Shown here: one piece after another, positions 22,217 through 34,380 of the stretch
Layout of the letters: the number at the start of each line of letters is the position of its first letter
Numbering within the stretch: position 1 is the first letter of the stretch
Origin: Escherichia coli
GTDB lineage: Bacteria > Pseudomonadota > Gammaproteobacteria > Enterobacterales > Enterobacteriaceae
Strand: one strand, 5' to 3'
Assembly (NCBI RefSeq): GCF_041886205.1
Contig: NZ_CP169030.1
Length of the DNA: 64,000 bases
Notes under the pieces: model-generated
What the model was told of the DNA's origin: nothing
Databases searched by the model: none
What the model saw: only the letters and a program-made list of their open reading frames with translations
Made by a program: the position numbers and the translations under genes

Positions 22217-22819
22217 ATGTATTGTATAAATACTGATTGCACATATACAAAGATTGCAATAGAGCAGCTACTGCACGAAAAGTATTTTGATGACAGGCGT
22301 TATTGCCATAGTATTAAGATCTATGATTTAAGGTTTTTTAAAATAGAGGATGTTGCCTACAAATTAATACAGTTATTTAAGGAGAGAAGAAAAGAAAATA
22401 TAATATTTCTCTGTTCCGATAGGTTTATACACAGCAAAGAAAAACCAAGAAACATTTTTTTTCTGGATACAAAAGATAGCATACGCAACTGGAGTAGACA
22501 TTTAAAAAAACTTCGTTATTGTAATAGTAACTTGCTTATATGCTTTTTATTTTTATGTGGCCTCTACCATATATCTGTATTTACAGGAAAAAAACAGGTG
22601 ATTATTGCCTGTATAAAAAAAGGATTTTCTTTTGCTGAAATTGTGAATTTTCTTAACATTAATGCGAGAACATTAGTTAATTATCTTGGGGGGCTTACAA
22701 CTTATTTTATTCTTCCATATAGTGATTCTTTATATAAATATATTATAGATAATATTATAGCATCATCTACCGAAGAGTATCATATTCTTTTGACAAATCA
22801 AAGGAGATATTATGTTTAA
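22217..22819 (+). CDS. putative transcriptional regulator with LuxR/GerE-like C-terminal HTH
   Basis: 200 aa; weak HTH-like segment KGFSFAEIVNFLNINARTLVNYLGGL. Confidence 0.4.
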   Translation: MYCINTDCTYTKIAIEQLLHEKYFDDRRYCHSIKIYDLRFFKIEDVAYKLIQLFKERRKENIIFLCSDRFIHSKEKPRNIFFLDTKDSIRNWSRHLKKLRYCNSNLLICFLFLCGLYHISVFTGKKQVIIACIKKGFSFAEIVNFLNINARTLVNYLGGLTTYFILPYSDSLYKYIIDNIIASSTEEYHILLTNQRRYYV

Positions 22820-23225
22820 TAGGCGCGTCTTATTTCTGTCTGTTTTTTCCTGTGCTGTATTCATGTTATCAGGTTGTTCATCTAATAGATTTGCCTCCAG
22901 GGATGCAAATGCTACGTATGTTAATACGCAGCTAAAAATAATACCTCGATCCCAGGAGAAAATACAAGCTCAATCACAATGCTCAAGGAGCTTTTCGCTA
23001 CTGCAAAAATTAAACACGGATAAGTTTAGCATGTATAGAAATCAGTTCGATGAGATAAATGATGCATACTTTTTTTATAAAAGAAATGTTGATTTAATGA
23101 ATAAAGACTCTAAAGAGTTAATGGCAAGCGTTCTTGATTCTAAACTAGATATGGTATGTGTACGAGTTGATAACGCCTCATTTGTAGGTATTTATGGGAA
23201 AATGAAAAAAGTTATGGACTTATAA
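22812..23225 (+). CDS. lipoprotein (paralog A)
   Basis: 137 aa; lipobox LSGC; AGGAGA Shine-Dalgarno upstream; C-terminal LMNKDSKELMASVLDSKLDMVCVRVDNASF shared with paralog B. Confidence 0.5.
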   Translation: MFNRRVLFLSVFSCAVFMLSGCSSNRFASRDANATYVNTQLKIIPRSQEKIQAQSQCSRSFSLLQKLNTDKFSMYRNQFDEINDAYFFYKRNVDLMNKDSKELMASVLDSKLDMVCVRVDNASFVGIYGKMKKVMDL

Positions 23226-23399
23226 ACAGGAATGAGGGCTTACTGCCCTCATTATCAATTTATGTTATTTTGGATCGCATCACTGTGTTGGTTTTCTCTA
23301 ATTGTGTTATGGGGGACTGGATTTTATTCATTGCTCTTTTATATCATTTCTGTATTACTGATAATCATTTTATATACTTTATATTTTATTGGAGAGAAT

Positions 23400-23795
23400 A
23401 TGTTTTCTAAAGGAAAAATAAAGGAAAGTGATTCGACCACGACAATTATTTCAAAAAATACTTCGTTTGTTGGCGATATTAGTTCTGGTGAAAAAATAAT
23501 AATTCACGGAAAAATTAATGGTAATATAAATACTAACAATGGTGTGGTATTTATTGATAAAGGAGGAGTTGTTAATGGTAGGGTTTTATGTGAAAAAATG
23601 ATTTTAAATGGTGAATTGTATGGTGAATGCTGTTGCTCCACGTTAGATGTTTATGAAAATGGTTTTTTACAAGGAGAAGTTAGCTATCGATTTCTGGAGA
23701 TTCGCAATGGCGGATGTATTACAGGGATTGTAAACAAGGTGACTGACGAAGTGCAAAACAATGTATCTGAGTTAGTAAAAGCGAGAGAAAGTTAA
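23400..23795 (+). CDS. bactofilin (CcmA-like polymer-forming protein)
   Basis: Beta-helical repeat pattern ([30 protein letters not shown]...) typical of bactofilin domain; start chosen at ATG 23400 preceded by GGAGAG; longer ORF from 23232 would add a hydrophobic N-terminus. Confidence 0.55.
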
Positions 23796-23949
23796 AAATA
23801 TGAAATTCGAGAATGTTATCTTACTCCTTGTTCTTGTCATTATGTTTTATTTTGTAATAACAAATTTAATTGAAGCGAATGATTACTACAAAGAAATACA
23901 TGTATATTCCGATGTATACAAGTGATTACATTTAATGTAATGATTACGT

Positions 23950-24372
23950 GTGGATAATATGATGATTATATTTCGATATTTAATTATTATTATTTTAAGC
24001 GTATACATGACAGGGTGTACTAATAATAATTTAAAGAAAGAAGATATCCCCGAAGATATGTTCGCAATAATTTATGGTTCGGATAGCATAAAAAAATATG
24101 AACACGGACAGATGGAGCTTACAAAAAATATCAACAGTGGATGTATTGAAGCCTTGGTTTTTTTAAGTGAAGAGGACCCCGAGAAATATAGCGATTATAT
24201 AAATGATTATCATAAAATTGCAGAGGGGTATCGTTTTCTTGATGATAACAGAACATTCATGAATAAAGATTCAATTGAATTATTGGTAAGAGGGTTAAAT
24301 GTTAAAAAGGATGTCCTCTGCTCAAGAGTAAAGTTTGAAAGCTTTCAGCACCTTAAAAACAAATTCCAATAA
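23950..24372 (+). CDS. lipoprotein (paralog B)
   Basis: 140 aa; lipobox MTGC; C-terminal region paralogous to 22812-23225 product. Confidence 0.5.
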   Translation: MDNMMIIFRYLIIIILSVYMTGCTNNNLKKEDIPEDMFAIIYGSDSIKKYEHGQMELTKNINSGCIEALVFLSEEDPEKYSDYINDYHKIAEGYRFLDDNRTFMNKDSIELLVRGLNVKKDVLCSRVKFESFQHLKNKFQ

Positions 24373-24469
24373 TAGAAAAAACAAATGCCAAGGTAATGCA
24401 ATTCAGTTATTGCAGAAAATATACTTTATCTATCATCCTCACATTAGATGGGGATGATTAATATATTTC

Positions 24470-24698
24470 ATGAGACTCTTTATGAATACTATAAAAATAA
24501 AGCTAAACCTAATTGATTATGATTCAATTGTAAATATTGAACTTCCCTGTCTTCTATCTGAAATAGAGATAGAGTTATTATCTCAATTACTGAAGGGGTA
24601 TTCTGTAAATGAGATTTCCAAGCGAAGAAACAGAAGTATAAAAACAGTCTCGTGCCAAAAAATGAAATTATATAAAAAACTTAACGTAAAAAGCGATC
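24470..24698 (+). pseudogene. 5' part of a pdeL(yahA)-like gene: LuxR-type HTH domain, interrupted by IS629-like element
   Basis: LSEIEIELLSQLLKGYSVNEISKRRNRSIKTVSCQKMKLYKKLNVKSDL is a clear LuxR HTH; reading frame continues in frame into the EAL ORF once the IS and its 3-bp duplication are removed. Confidence 0.65.
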
Positions 24699-24740
24699 TG
24701 AACCGCCCCGGGTTTCCTGGAGAGTGTTTTATCTGTGAAC

Positions 24741-25631
24741 TCAGGCTGCCAGATCATCGTTTCCGATGGAAGCATAATAAGCTTTTTCTGCTTCTGCCGG
24801 AGGAGTATGGCCCAGCCTTTCCAGCAATCGTCGATTGTTATACCAGTCCACCCACGTGAGTGTGGCCAGTTCCACTTCTGCACGGTTTTTCCAGCTCTTA
24901 CGGTGTATTACCTCCGCTTTGTAAAGACCATTGATGCTCTCCGCCATCGCGTTGTCATACGAGTCGCCTGTACTTCCTGTTGATGCCAGTAATCCGGCTT
25001 CCTTAAGCCGCTGTGTGTAGGCCAGCGATACATACTGAGAACCTTTATCACTGTGATGGACCGTGCCGGACGGTCGACGGGCCCATAACGCCTGCTCCAG
25101 TGCATCCAGCACGAATGTCGTTTCCATGGACGATGAGACCCGCCACCCCACGATGTATCCGGCAAACACATCAATGATGAACGCCACATAGACGAAGCCC
25201 CGCCATGTGCTGACGTAAGTAAAATCAGCCACCCACAGCTGGTCAGGTCGTTCTGCCACGAACTGACGGTTTACGCGGTCGCCTGCGGCAACGGCTTTCC
25301 GGCTGATGGTCGTACGGACCTTTTTACCCCGGAGAACACCGGCAAGTCCCATAACCGCCATGAGACGTGCCACAGTGCATCTGGCCACTCTGATACCTTC
25401 CCGTAACAACTGACGCCAGACTTTACGCACACCGTATACCTTGTGATTTTCATCGTATACGCGCTGTATCTCTTTCTTCAGCCAGTCATCGCGCTGCGCA
25501 CGGGCACTGCGTTTATCCGGATGATGTCGCTGTTGCTGACAGTGGTAATACGTTGACGGGGCAATATGCAGTTCGCTGCATAGCGGTCCGACCCCGTACT
25601 GCTCACGCAGCTTATCCAGCAGTGGCATCAT
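24741..25631 (-). CDS. IS3-family transposase OrfB (IS629-like)
   Basis: 296 aa DDE transposase. Confidence 0.8.
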   Translation of the reverse strand: MMPLLDKLREQYGVGPLCSELHIAPSTYYHCQQQRHHPDKRSARAQRDDWLKKEIQRVYDENHKVYGVRKVWRQLLREGIRVARCTVARLMAVMGLAGVLRGKKVRTTISRKAVAAGDRVNRQFVAERPDQLWVADFTYVSTWRGFVYVAFIIDVFAGYIVGWRVSSSMETTFVLDALEQALWARRPSGTVHHSDKGSQYVSLAYTQRLKEAGLLASTGSTGDSYDNAMAESINGLYKAEVIHRKSWKNRAEVELATLTWVDWYNNRRLLERLGHTPPAEAEKAYYASIGNDDLAA

Positions 25632-25954
25632 TTTTTCCAGAGGCGGTCGAACTCCGCCTTCGCAAAATAAGCGGAAGCCTGGCGAAGGATATCGTTACTG
25701 CGGCGCAGTTCACGATTTTCACGTTCCAGCTCTTTCAGACGCTGACGTTCAGCGGTGGTGAGCCCTCCATCACCGCCCCCGGTATCCCGCTCATGCTGGC
25801 GAACCCAGACACGCAGAGTCTCCGGCGTACAGCCAATCTTTGGAGCAATGGAACAAATTGTCGCCCATTGTGAGTCATATTCGCTCTGACTTTCCAGAAC
25901 CATACGGACTGCCCGTTGACGGACTTCGGGGGAAAAACGAGTATTTTTAGTCAT
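25628..25954 (-). CDS. IS3-family transposase OrfA (IS629-like)
   Basis: 108 aa HTH protein [19 protein letters not shown]... Confidence 0.8.
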   Translation of the reverse strand: MTKNTRFSPEVRQRAVRMVLESQSEYDSQWATICSIAPKIGCTPETLRVWVRQHERDTGGGDGGLTTAERQRLKELERENRELRRSNDILRQASAYFAKAEFDRLWKK

Positions 25955-26008
25955 CCTGTTTACCTCTTTCTCAGGAAGTTTAGTCTCCAGGATTCCCGGG
26001 GCGGTTCA

Positions 26009-26856
26009 ATCTGACTTTATGGCGAGATGTTTTTTTAAGATTTAAAGTCTACCTACAACCTAAAAATATCATCTGTGATAATTTTAATAGCTCTGTTTTA
26101 CCAGTTGTTTCATCTAAAGGGGAGAGTATGGCGCACTACAACATATATTACCAACCGATCTATAACGCAAAAAATGGAAATATTGCTGGATGTGATGTTA
26201 CTATTGCGTTAAAAAATTCAGATGGTAGTGCTTTTGCACTAGATTCTGACAGAATTAATTATAACCCCAATGATAACAAAGTATCTTATTTGTTTGGACA
26301 TATCAACAAACTATTCTCACCGATTAAAAATAATCTTCCACATGGTTTTTTTATTACGATAAACATTAATCCTGAAGATATTCTTACCTGTGATATCGAA
26401 AGGGAGTGTTTACATTTTATTAAAGTTTTCGGAACGGAACGGATAAGACTTGTCTTGCAGTTTTCAACTAAAGAAGAACTTTACATAATAAGAAGATACC
26501 AGTCTTCTTTAAGACGTATCAGAAATAATAATGTTTATTTATCGCTTAATGATTTCGGTATGGGATATGCTGAGCTTTCACACTTGCAAAACATACCTTT
26601 CTCCTATGTAAACCTACATAAAACAATGTTCCATGATATAGAAAGCAATAGTTTAACAGATATAATAGCAACTACAATTATTGATTTATCAAAACAACTG
26701 CATATAGATGTTATTGCTGATGGTATAGAAACGAAGAAACAGGCAGGTTATATGATTGAAAGAGGAGTTAAATATTTAAAAGGCATTGCATTATCATCAC
26801 CGCTACCTGCAGATGCATTTGTACGAAAATTGTTAGCTTCATTAAAACAAGTCTAA
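26009..26856 (+). pseudogene. 3' part of the pdeL-like gene: EAL domain (c-di-GMP phosphodiesterase); an internal ATG at 26128 could still give a stand-alone EAL protein
   Basis: YQPIY motif near start of EAL domain; no stop codons between IS end and 26128 in the same frame as the upstream HTH. Confidence 0.65.
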
Positions 26857-26897
26857 AAATCAGAACCACCCATATAGCGGGTGGTTCTGATTTTTTT
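26857..26897. terminator. Rho-independent terminator hairpin (CAGAACCACCC-loop-GGGTGGTTCTG followed by T7)
   Basis: Read directly after stop of EAL ORF. Confidence 0.6.
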
Positions 26898-27313
26898 AAT
26901 ATCACCTGGTAAATATTATACCATTTTCATTTGATATGAATTTTCTTAAAATTGATATCAGCGAAGATTATAATTTTCGAGTGCGCAAAACCTGTCTGAT
27001 TTGTTAAACAACAAAAAGATTAAGGGTTTATTGGTATGAAATAAGAAAAAAACCTCCTTTGAATTCAAAGGAGGAGAAAAATAAGGCTTACTTCAAGTCA
27101 CCCCCACTATCAATGGAAGTTTCTTATTTATACATGTTCTTAATGTTAAATATGATGTGTAAATTCCTAAATTTAAATCTATTGCCCATTTTGGGGTAAA
27201 TTTCTTTGCTCGAGTAGGCAGCCTGACGGCTGCGGCTTGTCATGGTCTGCCATTACCGTTATAAAAATAAACAATGTCATTGCCTTTCAGGTGGTTAACT
27301 TCCCCGCTATGTC

Positions 27314-27646
27314 GTGAAGCTTCACAACGATGACTTCTTTGACGAAGAAGACGTAGAAGTTCTGCGCTTTGATAGTTTTGACGATGCAGTTGAGTGCTGC
27401 GCAGACCTGGGTATTCCGTTCTTTCTGGATGCAGGAAACAAAAAGCTGGTCTTCTGGTTTGTTCGTGTCGATGACGAAGGGTATCCGGAAATAGCCCGCT
27501 GTACGGAACGAGAGTTTGCGACCATTCTTGCCGGTATCAGCGCCGGCGGTATGTACTGCCAGGAATGCGGCACTGTTCACTGGCCGGATGGAGTTACCCC
27601 GCCTTCTGATGCTTCCCCGTTTTGCAGACATCTTGCAGCAGGGTAA
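27314..27646 (+). CDS. hypothetical protein (110 aa) upstream of IS91-family transposase fragments
   Basis: ORF only; acidic N-terminus; function unknown. Confidence 0.3.
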   Translation: MKLHNDDFFDEEDVEVLRFDSFDDAVECCADLGIPFFLDAGNKKLVFWFVRVDDEGYPEIARCTEREFATILAGISAGGMYCQECGTVHWPDGVTPPSDASPFCRHLAAG

Positions 27647-28680
27647 CCGCTGGCTTAACTGGCTGGAGAAGCAGCCGGAAGGGGCAGTGCGTCTGGTGGT
27701 GATTGAGTCAGTGACAAAAATCACGGCGTGCGGGATCACGCTGATGGGGTACACGCAGTGGTGCTGTTCATCACCGGACTGTTGCCACACCAAAAAGGGC
27801 TGCTTCCGGTGTAAAAGCCGTTCCTGCCCACACTGCGGAGTGAAGGCTGGCGCACAGTGGATACAGTATCTGCTGAGTCTGGTCCCCGACTGCCCGTGGC
27901 AGCATATTGTGTTCACACTTCCGTGCCAGTACTGGTCCCTGGTGTTCCACAACCGGTGGTTACTGGCAGAGATGAGCCGTATCGCAGCCGACGTGATCGC
28001 CAGACAGATGTGGAGCCGGGGATATTCACGGTAATCCACACCTGGGGACGTGACCAGCAGTGGTATCCGCATATCCATTTATCGACAACAGCCGGAGGCG
28101 TGACGTCGGCTCTGACCTGGAAAAACCTTCATTTTTACGCCCGTAAGGTGATGAGCATGTGGCGTTACCGGATAACGCGGTTGCTGTCACGGAAATACCC
28201 GGACCTGGTGGTACCGGATGAGCTGGCAGCAGAAGGAAGCAGCAGACGGGAATGGAATCACTTCCTGGACAGTCATTACCGCCGTGGCTGGAATGTCAAC
28301 GTCTCCAGGGGGATGGATAACGCCACACATGTGGCGGTGTACTTTGGCTCTTACCTGAAAAAACCGCCGGTTCTGATGAGCCGTCTGGAGCATTATGCCG
28401 GTCGGGATGAAATTGGTCTGCGTTACAACAGTCACCGGACAAAACGGGAAGAATACTTGGTGATGAGTGGCGATGAATTCATGGAAAGGTTCTCCTGGCA
28501 TGTGGCGGATAAGGGGTTCCGGATGGTGAGTACTACGGGTTCCTGAGTCCGGTGAAGCGCCGGTTGCTGGAAGAGGTGGTGTACGTCATAACGGAGACGG
28601 TGAGAAAAACGGTGAAACAAATCAGGTGGAGAGGGATGTATCAACGATTACTGAAGGTTGACCCGCTGAAGTGTGTGCTG
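27516..28680 (+). pseudogene. IS91-family (HUH rolling-circle) transposase, frameshifted and truncated by IS21
   Basis: Cys-rich zinc-binding segment (CKSRSCPHCG) and HUH-like segment (HTWGRDQQWYPHIHL) split over at least three frames. Confidence 0.5.
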
Positions 28681-28740
28681 TGTCAACGCCACGATTTTTA
28701 ACCGTTATTTGCCATTTTCATGCCCGCTAAAATACTTTCG

Positions 28741-30710
<1,970 letters not shown>

Positions 30711-30821
30711 GTTGATGTCCTTTCTGGTGTGGGAACCTTAAGGAAACAACATGTTGGGTGGAGCGGACAATCCAAATGGTGAATTACCGTCTTATATCAC
30801 TGGCGCTAACAGATCTGTAAT

Positions 30822-33004
30822 ATGAAGATACTGAGGCAGCTGTGGAACCAGAAAGGGCTTGATGCGGCAGTTGAAGATGTACCTGAGGATCGATACGGTT
30901 TCGGTAATATCGCAGAAAATATATCCCGTTCCATCCTTACTCTTCCTCTGGAGGCTTCAAATGTTGTCGGAATAGAAGGTGCATGGGGATCGGGTAAAAC
31001 AAGCCTCCTTAATCTGATCCTGAGAAACCTTGCCCTGAAAAAAGATGCTCACACGCATGTGCTGCATATTTCTCCCTGGCTGAGTGGTGGCAGTCCGGTT
31101 GAAGCGCTCTTTCTTCCGGTTGCCACGGTTATCCAGCAGGAAATGGAAATACGCTATCCCCCGAAGGGCTTCAAAAAGCTCTGGCGTAAATATCTGTTGT
31201 CACCGGAAGCTCAAAAAGTGATTGAGTATGCTCAGGATACTTCATCGCGCGTCCTTCCACTGGTTCAATATATCGGACAGTTTTCCAGCATTATTAACTG
31301 GATAGCAGGCGGAATAAAGGTATTTTCAGACAGCCGTCTGGCTGTTGATCAGAAAACCACGACAAAGCTTCGGGCTGAAATTGCAGGACAACTGGTGAGT
31401 CTGGATCTGAAGTTCATTGTTGTCATGGATGATCTGGACCGACTGGAGCCATCCCAGGTGGCGGAAGTGTTCAGGCTTGTGCGTGCAGTAGCCGATCTGC
31501 CCCGCTTTACCCATATTCTCTGTTATGACAGGCAGATTATCACTCATGCCGTTGAACATGCGCTGAATATCGAAGATGGCAGCCGTTATCTCCAGAAAAT
31601 CATTCAGCTTAGTTTTAAATTACCCCGACCTGAAGCCTTTGATTTACGTAATGAATTTCGCCAGCGGGCTGAGGCTCTATATCAGCAAATTAATAATCAA
31701 CCGCCAGACTCTGGAATGGTAAGGGATCTCATCGCGGTGACTGATACCTATGGTGCCGCACTTTCGACGCCACGGGAAATCCATCAGGCCATTAATTCCC
31801 TGATTTGTGCCTGCTTCAGCTTATACGGGTGACAAACCCGGCTCTGTATGACTGGACAGAGCATTACCTGACAGAACGGTCCGTGATTGAAACCGGTCAG
31901 GGTATGCTTTCTGACGGAGAGAAAGCAGACTTCCGGGAGGGGCTTATCAGATGTATGAAGACGTTCAGGGCATCAAATGCAGACTCGTTTCTGACACTTG
32001 CAGACTGGATCCCAGGTATCAGTGGACATAATGATGAATATCTGAATCTTTTTGAGCCCGTCAGTGAGGATTTTCGTCATATCCAGACGACCGGTAAACG
32101 ACTCAGCAGCCTGACGCACTGGCGATATTATTTTGCCTTCTCCTCACCACAGAATGTTCTGCCACCTGAATTCTTCAGACAGCTTTTTGAACAGGCTGGC
32201 GTATCGGAAAAACAGCAGCAGCTTTCTGAATTGCTGCTCTCAAAAATCAACAGTGTGGGCAGTCTGTCCGGAACCTGGTTTGAACATATACTGAGCAGAC
32301 TGACTCCAGGCCTGATAAGAGAACGTAATTTCGAAGAGTGCGCAGGACTGGTTCATTTTTTCTTCGATCACACCGATGAGGTGAGCACTCGCTTCAGTAT
32401 CCGTAACCCATGGTTTTCCCTGCGTGAAATGGCCATTAATGAGGTTGTACGGCATCTGCTGAAGCATATGCAGGATATTGATGAGACCAGAACGATCACG
32501 CTTATGGAAAAACTGATCGTTACGGGTGCTTCGCCGTTCTGGATAGCCGATTTTATGCGGGATCTTATCTGGGAACATGGACTTGCTCAGAATGCAGTAC
32601 CTTCGCCTTCAGACGCTCTTTTCAGTCGCGATATTACGGAACGGTTGCGTGACAGGTTTGCGGAACGTATGAATCAACCAGAACTTCAGCAACAGCTTCT
32701 CCTGCGCAAGTCTCTTCTCGGGTATCTCTACGCCTGGAGAGACATGAGTTCAGGTGAAACCGTGAAGCAATGGGTCAGAGAAGTTACTACCACTGATGAA
32801 GGCCTTGTTAACCTGTTGATACGATTACAGACCAGTGTCTTCAGCTCCCACCGAGGGGCATATCGCCGGATTGCGCGTGACCAGGTCAGTCCGTTCTTTG
32901 ATGACTGGCCAGCAGTCGAAGAGAAGTTGAAGGTTATGCTGTCCGGCAACGAGCTGACTCCGGAGCAGGAAGCGCTCAAAACAGCGCTGGAAAATGACGA
33001 CTGA
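30822..33004 (+). pseudogene. KAP-family P-loop NTPase, split by a frameshift near 31805-31832 (about 730 aa if repaired)
   Basis: Walker A GAWGSGKTS, Walker B FIVVMDDLDR and PREIHQAINSL motif in ORF 30822-31832; continuation in the next frame at 31805-33004; IS21 ends 10 bp upstream of the ATG. Confidence 0.6.
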
Positions 33005-33013
33005 CCAAAAATT

Positions 33014-33036
33014 AAGGCCGCTTAGCGGCCTTTTTC
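33014..33036. terminator. bidirectional terminator hairpin between convergent genes (AAGGCCGC-TTA-GCGGCCTT then T-run)
   Basis: Read directly. Confidence 0.5.
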
Positions 33037-33053
33037 TTACTAAATGAAGGAGA

Positions 33054-33953
33054 TCAGGCGCTTAATGCTTTATCCTTGTCAAAAGGAACACCGGCATACG
33101 CAAGCTCACTCAGCAGTTTGCGTTTCCATCCACCATGCTCATCAAGCTCGGTATAGAGAACCCCGGCAAGATCTGAAGGGATTTCGATATCTCCCTTCCT
33201 GAGTACAAGTACTTTCCCGCGTCCAAGCTTCCCGGCGAAATATCCGAGCTCATACAGGACATTCTGGCGTGCGCGGAGACGTGTGCTTTCAGATGCCAGA
33301 GCACTGCCGCTATCGTCGGGCGTCATCAGCACGATGGCAAAACTGACATCCCCTGACTCTGCTTCAAATTTCTCGATAATCGTCCTGGAGCCGTCAGGAC
33401 GTTCTGAAAGAATGATTTCCTCAAGACCTATCCGGGATATAAAACGGGCAACAGACTGAAGGGCATCATTATCATGGCCATGAACAATAAAAATTTTTCG
33501 GGAAACCGGCCGAAACACTGCAGGCTCAGGATCGTGTTGGTTTTCCACATACAACTGGTAATCGCGCACGAACGGGGCAACTAATGACGACGTGAATTTT
33601 CGAATGGATTCAATAATGTTTCGATCATAGAAAAATGTATGACAGAAATTAAAGGAAAAATTGTTATCGTCTGCCATTTTCTCGATCAGCAGCAACTTCA
33701 GGCCCAAAATATCAGCGGGCTCATCAGGCCACTGTAGAACAGCGGAACCAGCCATGCTGGATTCAGTATCTTCACTCCTGGCCAGAAAGGTATCAAGTTC
33801 AACATTGCGGGTCAGATGTGCATTAACTGACTGCAGATTCTCTGAGTTCAAGAGCCGGGCCAATTGCTTAAGAGGTTGCTGATAGTTCTGAACGTCAGCG
33901 CGCTGAAGGTCGAATACGCAATTTTTAAGTGACTGAAAGATATCAATTGCCAT
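33054..33953 (-). CDS. protein with C-terminal TIR-like (COG4271-type) domain and unknown N-terminal domain
   Basis: 299 aa; C-terminal KIFIVHGHD ... AIVLMTPDD ... RARQNVLYELGYFAGKLGRGKVLVL matches recalled hallmarks of the TIR-like domain found in CBASS/Pycsar-type effectors. Confidence 0.5.
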   Translation of the reverse strand: MAIDIFQSLKNCVFDLQRADVQNYQQPLKQLARLLNSENLQSVNAHLTRNVELDTFLARSEDTESSMAGSAVLQWPDEPADILGLKLLLIEKMADDNNFSFNFCHTFFYDRNIIESIRKFTSSLVAPFVRDYQLYVENQHDPEPAVFRPVSRKIFIVHGHDNDALQSVARFISRIGLEEIILSERPDGSRTIIEKFEAESGDVSFAIVLMTPDDSGSALASESTRLRARQNVLYELGYFAGKLGRGKVLVLRKGDIEIPSDLAGVLYTELDEHGGWKRKLLSELAYAGVPFDKDKALSA

Positions 33954-34233
33954 CCTGCCCGCTCTCCTGTCTTTGTTGTTCTGCTCTGTCCAGAATCTGT
34001 TGGCGCAGATTTTCTTTCATGTGTTCGATTAATGGGCTGACCATCGGATTAGTGGCATAACCAGAAGCGCGTTCGTACACCATGGAATAGGCTTCCTGAA
34101 TCGCGTTCTCAATGCTGACAGGATCGTTAGCATCGAAGTGGACATCATAACTTCCGTTTAATGCCTCTGTTGCTCTCTCAACCTCTTTTAGCTGTTTCTG
34201 CATTTTGTCTAAACCTGTGATTTTGACGCTCAT
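33943..34233 (-). CDS. small hypothetical protein (96 aa), translationally coupled to the TIR-like gene
   Basis: Stop overlaps downstream start by 11 nt; helical, charged; no recognisable domain. Confidence 0.4.
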   Translation of the reverse strand: MSVKITGLDKMQKQLKEVERATEALNGSYDVHFDANDPVSIENAIQEAYSMVYERASGYATNPMVSPLIEHMKENLRQQILDRAEQQRQESGQDGN

Positions 34234-34380
34234 AACAACCTCCGGACTAAGTGAGATGTATCAACCTTTATAGATAGCACGTTGGAGATGTGGGGTAAGG
34301 GATATCACTCAAATTCCATGTAATTTCATTAAGATCAGACTTAACCTTTTTTCGGATCTCAGATAAAAAAGAAAGAAATA

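Larger units (their letters stand above)
24699..26008 (-). mobile_element. IS629-like IS3-family element (1310 bp) with 3-bp target duplication ATC
   Basis: Termini TGAACCGCCCCGGG ... CCCGGGGCGGTTCA; ATC at 24696-24698 and 26009-26011; OrfA/OrfB match my recollection of IS629/IS1203. Confidence 0.8.

Noticed and set aside
23232-23399. N-terminal hydrophobic extension of the bactofilin ORF suggesting a membrane anchor
   Set aside because: ATG at 23400 has a strong GGAGAG ribosome-binding site and the upstream codons lack one; the longer form remains possible but is less supported
27287-28078. 263-aa minus-strand ORF
   Set aside because: Antisense to the IS91-family transposase fragments, with no recognisable motifs
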